NCBI GenBank assembly: GCA_951406725.2
Contig: OX597817.1
Coordinates: 3,782,001 to 3,846,000 of the forward strand
From: Octopus vulgaris
Taxonomy: Eukaryota
Reading direction: 5' to 3'
DNA: 64,000 nucleotides
Below, piece after piece: positions 54,330-64,000 of the stretch (positions are counted from its first letter, which is position 1; every line of letters begins with the position of its first letter). The notes under the pieces are model-generated. The model had not been told where the DNA came from and ran no database searches. It saw only the letters and a list, made by a program, of their open reading frames with translations. The position numbers were made by a program, and so were the translations under genes.

Positions 54330-54455
54330 TTCATAGTAACAGTGGTATGAACACAAACCAGAGTCTCTGATGATGAACACGAGTAACAGAAGTAAGAAGA
54401 CCAGATATATTCATAGAGGACAAAAGAAACTGTGAGATCGTAGACGTGATCCCGG
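54330..54455 (+). mobile_element. Highly decayed RLE (R4/Dong-like) fragment
   Basis: QWYEHKPES followed by RRPDIFIEDKRNCEIVDV. Confidence 0.55.
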
Positions 54456-55039
54456 TTTGTTAGGGTGCACACTTATCATCAACATTATTAATAATTGTGA
54501 TTAGAGAAGTTGTAATAAAAATGCGTTAACTCATCACTTACACAATTATACTTCTATAATTTCCTTATTCTAACGTGTCACATAGTTTGAGTGCTTGGCA
54601 GCATGTCTTCGAGTTTGTTCTAGATATCATTAAAAAATTTGGGGTTTGGGGTATCAGGTAACTAGATTTTAGTTGGTGTTACACCAGTAATGTTTCGCTG
54701 AGAAAACGTTTCTTACATGACAAGGAACGAGTAAAATGTTATCCCACAAAATTTTAGAACGACATACAAGAGCACAGAAAACGGTGAACAAAAGCATGGG
54801 ATAATTGACCAAATTTCTTTTATTTTTATTTTCTCTTCCCTTCCTGGAATACACAGTGTAAAGGAATGCAGAATATAAACTTAGGAAGATTACTCAATAT
54901 ATATGCACGTCATCTATACTCATTTTAGAAGCACTGGTACATGTATTTGCCAGTTCGAGATGAATTCAGTAGAGATACCAGTGCTGTCAGCAAAAACATA
55001 AAAAACGATCAAAATAAAAGAAGGGAAAACTCAAACAAG

Positions 55040-56470
55040 GAGAATAAAATCGCGCAGTTACAACATTGAGAACGTTAGCTAAGATCGACCTAAACACGAA
55101 ATAAATAACAAAATACAAAAATATCACATTGGAACACTAACAGAATACTAACTAAAAATATAGAGAAGAGAATGTTTTCAGACAGAAAATTCAGAAGATG
55201 CAAATTCAGAATAAGATCACTTAAATGTGATAAACGTTGAATTCAACAGATCTTGCTATAGGCCAATGAAAGTTTCGCTCAAATAAATCTAAACTGAAAG
55301 ACACACAACAATAATAATAGCAAAGAAAATCTGTCCGTTTTGGAACTAACGGAGACAGACAGAATCATCAATATAATATAAACCAAATGACATACGGTCA
55401 CAGCAGCAGTTACAAAGCAAGGTGAGTATTACCTTTAATTTTCTCGAATATAACTATTACAAAGCATGCAAGCAACACGATAAACAATCATACAAAGCAT
55501 ATACAAAATGGCAGACTGCGTACTGCGGTCTTCAGCGAAATTAGTAATAATAGTATATATGGAAAAAAAGAAAAACGCAAACGGAAGCGACAGATAATAC
55601 AGAAATATGAAATATCCTCATCAAATCGCAAAAATTCCGTTGATTTGAGAAGCAATAACGACTCAATAAATGTTTTGTGAATAAAAATATAATTTTGCAG
55701 CAGCATCAACACAACTACGGGAGTAGTAGAACAACTGTTCGAAACCGAAATGGACAGTGAAAAATTCAGCACGGACCAAAAGCAGTAACTGCTCAACGAA
55801 GCCGGGAGACTAAAGATTAAAGTATTAGGCCAGAGGAAAAAGAGGAATATTTTATCCTAAGCCGCCGGTTGCATCATTCAACAAGCAAACTCTTAGCTAG
55901 AAACAGCATGTAAATAGTTCACGGAATGAAAAATCCATCATAATTTCAACTGTGTAGAATTAGTAAACACTCATAACAACAAACCCATAATCTCCACGTC
56001 CACAGCTTGAAAGACCATAATGACAATCCTGCAGCAAATGATAAATAAGTGAAAAAGGAAGAAAATAATTTTCAAGCGGTTAAATATAAAAATGTAACGT
56101 TTCAAAGAATTATGTAATTTTAATGATGCATTACTGAACAAACTCCGATCGAAGACTGGAATATTACAACGAAAAGTTTAAGCATTGCATGAATGAACAG
56201 CCAGAATATATTTGACTGTGCATCTCACAAAAATTCCTCGAAATGTTAGAAACTAGAGTATGATACCAATAATAATACTGTCATGAATAAATGGCAAACT
56301 TCGCTGCATATACAAACATTAGAGAAGAGTACAAGAACAAATCCCGTCTCTGTTATAAGGAAATTGCCTCTCTTCATTTTTTTCTGCCTGTTTCTAACAC
56401 ATTTAAGCAACAAATTAAAACAGACTGGACACCGCCAGGAATTCCATGGTAGACCAATTAAATATATTTT
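55040..56470 (+). mobile_element. Possible very old RTE-type LINE relic (AP endonuclease to RT start)
   Basis: A-rich strand bias and loose motifs in the expected order (YNIRTL-like, N.NG, F.H..HTT, KLK...G...I.Y). Many stops. Confidence 0.35.
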
Positions 56471-57064
56471 GCGAATGTAGAGCATTAAGTTATACACTTC
56501 TGATTATATAATGCTGGCATCATTGTTATTAGAAAATGGAGACGAAAACTACGCCAAGTCAGAAAACTACGCTGCAAAACTTAAGAATACTGATATCATG
56601 ATAAATAAATGTTAGTTAAAGAAATAGAGAAAACGATAATTGAAATAGATGCAATTACGAATACTAAGTAATTAATGGATTAGAATTGCTAAAGGGCAGA
56701 GAAACGAAAGAAACTGTTTGAAACGAACATTATATACGTAATACATTAATAGTTAAAGCTTAGGCAAATATTCTCAAATTTATGCTAAAATAAATAATAA
56801 GTATATATACAGGAAAGCAGGAATGATGCATTTAAAATACACCACACCAAATGATATTATATTTACTACAGATGTTATGAGGCAGAGGTCATATGCTACT
56901 AGAAATTTATTGTAAAATGTTCACTACACTGAATATTTTCCGAGGATTAGGAAAAATGATGTAGTCAACCGTAAGAAAGTACTAATAGAAATATCCACAG
57001 GACACAGGCAAAAGTAAAATTGTTATTGTGTAAAGGCATCAACACTTAAAACACATACGTTGAA

Positions 57065-57650
57065 GTACCAGGCTTTCGATGCGGTTTGTGCTGGTTCATT
57101 ACGCTTGGACCATGAGCGTTTCCGATTGATGTTATTGTAGACAATCCATTTTTCTTCATCAGTGAGGATTCGTTTCAGAAAAGATCGATTTCATTGTGTT
57201 TGAGATGCATATCGAAAATATTGATGTGTTAATTTGAATCTTTCAATTTATGTGCAAACCAAATATCAAGCTTCTTGGCGAGACGAAGACATTTTAAGTT
57301 AGTTTCAATTGTGTGTCATACATTTCACCTCTCTGCGATCTCACGCACAGTTATATGAAAATCAGATTCGATTATGGCTTTGATACAGTCATCATCGGTC
57401 GACCAGAACTTTTGTCAACTTTGAGTGAAAAATCTCCGGAACGGAAATTTTTAAACCATTTCTGGCACGTACGTTCTGTTAAGCAATCAACACCATACCT
57501 TCACGTATCTCTTTGTGAGTTTTAGCAGCTTTCTTACCTTTACTGAAATAAAGCAAAATATGGCGAAAATGTTCATTCCTCAAATATACTAGGTATTGAA
57601 CCAGTATTTCCTTGCATGAAGCCATCCCTTCATGAGGTTAACACAACCTC

Positions 57651-57655
<5 letters not shown>
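57065..57655 (-). mobile_element. mariner transposon 5' half (mellifera-like), pseudogenised
   Basis: [56 protein letters not shown] (WVPHEL equivalent) and LTDEEKWIVYNN. Abuts (TA)n. Confidence 0.88.
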
Positions 57656-57703
<48 letters not shown>

Positions 57704-57779
57704 GCACATACACAAACATACACACACATATATATATATATATACACATATATACACATACATATATATATATAATGTT

Positions 57780-57821
<42 letters not shown>

Positions 57822-59598
57822 CGTATACACAAGCACACACGTATATATATATATATATATAGGCTTCACAAAAATTCGATTAAATCTCCGGTACAATGCA
57901 AGGTTTCAAATCTAGACAAAACAGAAGTAAACATTTTTCAGTGTTCGAATAAAAAATATATTATACTCAATATCATATTTATGATATTATATATAAACGA
58001 TATAATATTCACAAATGCTATGTAATGCAATAGGAATCGAAAGAACACTTTGTACTGCAGAACCATACGAGATTAAAAAAATTATTTCTTTTAAATTTTC
58101 ACAGACTCTTAGAAAGAATTTCCTCATGCAGGGACACAATTTACAGAACTTTTAGATATTTTAAATTTGCCATGATGTCTAGTGTAACATATTCATTATC
58201 ATACGCTTTTATCTTTCCATCAACATTGAGAATTTCGACAAAAATCTCTTTGAAAATTATACCAAAATACTTTACCCTCACCAATTCTTCACAAAATTCA
58301 TTCGTATAAACGTTTTCTGTAAATAAGCTTTAATGTAAACGTGGTTCAACGATTTAATGGGTACCTACACGCATCCTACTTGACGTATTCATGCGTAAAA
58401 ATGTATATAGCTATAAGGGAATTTAAACGTGTGTTTTAGAGTGAGTAAAATATAAGAGTGAGTAGGAGTTTATTGATATGACAGATAATGATAAGGATAC
58501 ACATACGCCCTTATTCCTCAAACGAGATTTTGCTCCCATTTTACTTTCAACATTGATATAAATGCATTGGTGAAAATTGGTTGAAATACACATTTTGCCA
58601 CAACGCATTTTTAAATGTCATCTTAATATATTTTCTATGATTAATATTTTGCTACCTAAGAGAAAAATCATAGATATTAAGCTCTAAATCCTACTCATTG
58701 ACAACAGACGCCTATGCATTGCCTTAGGAAATATCAACTTTTAGAACTTATATGTACACACCAGTAAAAAAAAAAAAACAAGTGCAGAATATAATTTTTG
58801 TAATTTCTAGTTACAGTAGTGCCATTATTTTATTGTAACATAGGAAATAAGTTAATCTCTCTAATCTCATAAGAGTATTCCCTCCTACACACATCTTTTG
58901 ATTACTATTGGTAAACTTTTCCTTACTGCCAGGTAACCTTGATAGATTTTATATATACTTCTTCAGGTAGACATTTTGGTGTTAAATGACTTTAGTTCTA
59001 AATAAGAATTCATTAGATAAAATAAGTTTTTAAAAGGTTTTATCAACAATTATGCTTGTCTGTACGGATTTCTTTTGATAGTTCGTGGTTTAGCTTGTTC
59101 TGACAATAAGCAAAATACATATGTGTATGCATGCACGAGTGTGAATGAATATGTATATATTTGTATGTATGCATGATATATGCTTGTGTATATATGTGCG
59201 TATGTGTGTACAAAGAACTACTAAAGGACGGCAATAAATTGAAACAGCGTTTCTTCCACAACAAGCAAACTCTTGATAGATGTCCCTGCCACTCTCTATC
59301 TCTTTCGCCTTCTCTCTTATTATCCGTATACCTCTCTATATATATACACATGTGTGTATAAACACAAAAGCGCACGCACGCGCACATACACACAAACTGT
59401 CTGGAATAACTCTCTAAGAATCATGAGAAGCCAAATCAAACTATTTGAAATAATAATAATAAAAATAATAATGATGATGATGATGAGGATGATGATGATG
59501 ATGATAATAATAGAAATAATAGTAGTAATAGTAGTAGTTATAATTATAATAATAATATTAATAATAACAACAATAACAACTAAAATAACTAAAATGAT

Positions 59599-59948
59599 TG
59601 ACTAAAACAATACCTGTTGCCATAGGTGCCCCAGGAATGATAGCAAAAGGGGTTAATTCCTTCCTTGCTTAGATACCAAGAAACCTTAAAATGGCAGAAA
59701 TTCAAAAGATAGTGCTCATGAGAACTGTCCATATCCTACGTAAACTACTGTCAATGTCATCTCAATTTAAAAAAGAATTTATAATTTTCTTATGGTTTCT
59801 TAAACATTCTCTAGAAAAATACTATGTGCAAAACCAAATATATGACACTCTAGACATAACATCATCATGAAATTCTACCTTGTCTCTTGAGGTCTCTAGG
59901 TGAGACTTGGAGTCAACTTGTACAAATACAAAGCAAAAGTCAAATATA
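59599..59948 (+). mobile_element. R4/Dong family A-like extreme 3' fragment plus 3' UTR
   Basis: TKTIPVAIGAPGMIAKG..MAEIQKIVLM. 3' UTR shared with 3447-3513 and 62260-62328. Confidence 0.88.
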
Positions 59949-60037
59949 TAATAACAATAACAACAGCAGCAACAAAAACAACAACAACAACAACAATAAT
60001 AAGGATATTGACGATGATAATAATAATGATGATGATG

Positions 60038-60080
<43 letters not shown>

Positions 60081-60082
<2 letters not shown>

Positions 60083-60255
60083 TTCCAGGACTAACTGGAT
60101 AAAAGCCAAGACAGACAAAAACCAAGTAGATTTTCAATGTAGATTATGCAAATCAAAAGAGAAGCGTTACTCATATAGTAAGTGAGCGTTGCATGCTGGC
60201 ACAGAAAGAATATAGGAAAAGACATGATTGTCTAAAGAGAGCAATCCCCTGGGAG

Positions 60256-60315
<60 letters not shown>

Positions 60316-60761
60316 AAGTATTAGAAAGTAAGATACACAAGATGTACTTTAACATTCAGACTGAGGGACTAATAGAAGCTAAAAGGCATGATTTGGTTGT
60401 AGTAGATAAAGATATTAGAAAGTGCCAGATAATTGACTTTGCAGTCCCAAATGATGAAAAGTTAATATGAGAAGGATAGCAAATATAGCAAAGTACCAGA
60501 TACGAGCTATTGAATTACAGAGACTATGGAAAGTACAAGTAAAATGTATCCCTGTAGTTATAGGTGCATTGGGAACTATTCCTAAAGATCTGAACAGATG
60601 GCTAAAGGAAATAGGCATAAAACCTAGTTTAGTACAGTTGCAGAAAACAATGTTATTAAAGATAGCTAGGATACTTTGGAGGGTTCTTGGCATCGAAGGC
60701 TACTTGTTGTAGCCTGATGTTAGGATACTCTTCTTTTCCAACAGTTTAATCTGTTGAGTGT

Positions 60762-60765
<4 letters not shown>
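60081..60765 (+). mobile_element. R4/Dong family C 3' fragment (CCHC plus RLE), interrupted by (TA)n
   Basis: CRLCKSK..THIVSE..LAQKEYRKRHD, IEAKRHDLVVVDKDIRKCQIIDFAVPND and IPVVIGALGTIPK. Confidence 0.88.
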
Positions 60766-60797
<32 letters not shown>

Positions 60798-62327
60798 GGG
60801 TAATTGAAGGGGACGGAATAAGGCATTCAGTGATGAAGTAAAGGATCAGGAGAGAATGTTATCGCAGAGTAAGATCAATACTCAAGACAGAGCTGAATGC
60901 GAGAAACAGGATCGAAGCGATCAATGCTTTAGCCATACCAGTCGTGACTTATAGTTTCAATATCGTTAACTGGTCAATTACTGGAATAGGAAATCTTGAC
61001 AGTAAAATACGAAAACTCTTGACAATGCATAGAATGCACCACCCTAAGGCAGATACAGAACGACTTTATCTGCCAAGAAAAGAGGTAGGCCGTGGACTTT
61101 TACAACTGGCAATAACAATGAAGATTGCTACAATTGGCCTAGACACCTGCCTGAAAAACTCTGAGGACTGGATGTTAAAACTTGTCTCAAAACATGAAGA
61201 AAGAAAGCATCATACTCAGTAACAAAACAGGCAAAGTGAATTCCGAATACAACCAATTTCGGAATTAGACATACAAGAAACAAGCACAGAAAAAGCTAAA
61301 CGCATGAAAACCCGTGCTAAAACTGCGGCCTTAGATATTCTGAATAATAAATGGCAAGAAAAACCTCTCTATGGCAAATACCCAAAGAGAGCGAATAATG
61401 CAGATGTTGACAAAACTCTGACCCATCAATGGCTAATGGCCTCTGGCTTAAAATCTGAAACAGAAGGGTTTATCATAGCAGCTCAAGATCAATGCCTACC
61501 AACAAGGAACTACCAGGCCAACATATTAAAGAACGGCAGTAGCCCAACATGTCGTGTCTGTCAACAACCAAATGAAACCATTGATCATGTTGTCTCCAAG
61601 TGCAGTCTTCTAGCGCCTACAGAGTATCTTAGCAGGCATGATAGAGCTGCACAATATATTCACTGGGTATTCTGCAAAAACCTGGATTTGCCCCATGAAA
61701 GAAAACTGGTGGGAACACAAACCACCTCCAATGCTTGAAAATGATCACATCTCACTCCTCTGGAACTTCCCCATTCAAACTGACAGAAAGATAGATGCAA
61801 ATAGGCCAGACATCATATTGAAAGACTTCAGACAAAGAACATGCCTCCTCATTGATATGACTGTCCCAATCGATATAAACGTATCTGTCAAGACCTACCA
61901 AAAACTGAACAAATATAAAGATCTTGAAATAGAAATCAGCAAAATGTGGAACCTGAAGACTAAAACAATACCTGTTGTCATAGGTGCCCTGGGAATGACA
62001 GCAAAAGGGGCTGATCTCTACCAAACTCAGATACCAGGAAACCCCAAAATGGCAGAAATTCAAAAGATAGTGCTCATGGGAACTGCTCATATCCTACGCA
62101 AAATATTCTCTATGTAATCCCAAGGTTTAAAACAAACTTTCTTTTTTTATTTTTATTTATTTTTTTAATTTATTTTTTTATGTATTAGACATCCACTAGT
62201 ACAACACCAAAAAAAAAAAGAAAAAAAACCCCAAATATATGGCACAAAACTTCCAACCTGTTGTCTCTTGAGGTCTCTGGGTGAGACTTGGAGCCAACTT
62301 GTACAATTATGAAGCAAAAGTCATACA

Positions 62328-62328
<1 letters not shown>
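60798..62328 (+). mobile_element. R4/Dong family A 3' fragment of 1.5 kb (RT thumb, CCHC, RLE, 3' UTR), few disablements
   Basis: ORFs 60944-61222, 61304-61738 (CRVC..ETIDHVVSKC..RHD) and 61638-62117 (NRPDIIL..LLIDMTVP..KYKDL). Confidence 0.93.
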
Positions 62329-62387
<59 letters not shown>

Positions 62388-62431
62388 TAATAATAATGAT
62401 AATAATAATAATAATAATATTAATAACAACA

Positions 62432-62547
62432 ACAACAGGGTTATTAGGGACAGCTAGGATACTTAGGGGGGTTCTTGGCTTCTAAGCTTACTTGTTGTAG
62501 CCCGACGTTAATAGTTTCTTTACCAACTGTCTAATCTGCTGTTTGTT
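62432..62547 (+). mobile_element. R4/Dong family C terminal fragment
   Basis: GLLGTARILRGVLG plus a 3' UTR matching 60650-60760. Confidence 0.8.
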
Positions 62548-62625
62548 TATAATAATTTTAATAATAATGATGATAATAATAATAATGATAATAATAATGA
62601 TGATGATGATGATAATAATAATAAC

Positions 62626-62684
<59 letters not shown>

Positions 62685-62722
62685 TAATAATAATAATAAA
62701 TATAATGATAATAATAATAATA

Positions 62723-62895
62723 AAGGGATGTCAGAAACAGCTAAACAAGTTCCCAGGAGAACATGTCTCAGAGAAATCCGGCAGATTGTGCTGACAAGTA
62801 CCGCCCATATCCTTAGAAAAACTCTATCCATTTAAATGTCTTGTGTTGTTTTACATGAATATGTTTTGCTGCTACCCTTGCAACTTCTCCCCAAA
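62723..62895 (+). mobile_element. R4/Dong terminal fragment of a further family (D)
   Basis: KGCQKQLNKFPG..EIRQIVLTSTAHILRKTLSI*. Confidence 0.75.
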
Positions 62896-62934
62896 CTTTA
62901 AATCATATTGTGATCACTCTCAAAAATTAAGTAA

Positions 62935-63120
62935 AAAGACCGGGAAAATAATCCAAAATACTTGTCCGGTACCGGATCGATCCCACAATCTAATCCGTTT
63001 ATCCCAGTCACGAGTTCATCCTAATCCATCCAGCGGTTCTTGAGTTATCTTGTCCACAAACAAACAAACAAACGCGACTGAAGACAGTGCCTCCACCTTC
63101 GCTAAGGCGGAAGTAATAAT
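62935..63120 (-). mobile_element. Helentron-associated (HINE/DINE-1-like) non-autonomous element, 5' part
   Basis: Minus strand attattacttccgccttagcgaaggtggagg (terminal inverted repeat), (GTTT)n, gataactcaagaaccgctggatggatt, and a tccggtaccgga palindrome. Confidence 0.7.
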
Positions 63121-63121
63121 A

Positions 63122-63517
63122 CTGATCTTAACTGATTCGAAGTATTATCATATTCATTGTTTTGTCGTGGTGTAAATGTTGGGCTACAGCGAATATTCTG
63201 CTCAGCACCACATATTTGCTTGTCAGTTGTTTGACCATGACCGGTTGAGCATGTCCCTCGGTGGCTGACGTTATGTGAATTTTTGATCAAGAGCAGAAGT
63301 AGTGGGAGAACATCATAGCTCTGTGTTGAGATGAATTCTTTGAGGTTTGAATAATTCACCTTTAGAAACGTGGGTGTTTCGTTCAACATCCTTAAACAAT
63401 CCTTATTCAGGGACCTTCTGAGCGGGATGGGCTACTCGAACTGAAGCAAATTCTAAGTGGGTCCCACCTTCATGCGCTGTTTATGTTGATATAAGATCAC
63501 CATGTCGCGCACACATT
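63122..63517 (+). mobile_element. Non-coding interspersed repeat, copy 2 (homologue of 2345-2879)
   Basis: Co-linear by-eye alignment with 2377-2760. Confidence 0.8.
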
Positions 63518-64000
63518 CTCGTACGAACCATCGATATGGTCGCATTTATCTCTGAATATATACACTATGAAGGATCTAATCATACCTGGATTTACATAAG
63601 ATTATACCTAAAGACTTATGGATTAGCATCTTCACTATCGGAAAGTTGAACTGTGAACCTCTATATTTCTTTTTCGTCGTTTCTTCATTTCTTCAGTCAG
63701 TCCTTTATTTCATCGTTTCCTTTATCTATACCCTTTACATTTTTACTATTTGTCTCCAATGATGGGATAGCCCATAATTTGGTATATTCCAGAAACGTAT
63801 ATGACTTGAGATATTTGTCTTGCCTTAGCGTGTTTGCTGTCACAAATATATAGCCGCTTTATCGGAAATCTACAATGGTTCCATAACTCCTGTCTCGCCT
63901 ATGAGCTTGGACCCCTGGTAATCCATTACAGCACTTACGCAGCGTACCTAGTCATTTAGATCACCTGTGAACTAAACCCCCATATTTTGTATAAATTGCC

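Overview
AT-rich, repeat-dense eukaryotic DNA, most likely intergenic or intronic sequence from an octopus or other coleoid cephalopod. The organism is inferred from the SINE/LINE repertoire and microsatellite load, not from a marker gene. I found no host protein-coding exon, tRNA or rRNA, and nearly all ORF-track entries are translated microsatellites. Recognisable content: (i) two head-to-tail pile-ups of R4/Dong-type RLE retrotransposon 3' fragments, separated by (AAT)n (2.9-6.6 kb and 59.6-62.9 kb); (ii) Penelope-like elements of two lineages (13.5-14.9, 26.9-28.6 and 45.1-46.3 kb); (iii) decayed RTE LINEs; (iv) mariner and maT/DD37D transposase relics; (v) Helitron/Helentron-type non-autonomous elements; (vi) at least three tRNA-derived SINE families; (vii) many microsatellites. 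The most notable unannotated signal is a dispersed set of 6-7 minimal type-I hammerhead-ribozyme-like motifs on both strands. Two lie in Penelope 3' repeats, the rest are orphans, and one has an intact catalytic core but no helix II. Other points of interest are a 32-bp near-perfect hairpin, a candidate non-coding partner of the Dong elements, and a shared GGTAT start in the target-site duplications of one SINE family. All alignments and foldings were done by eye.
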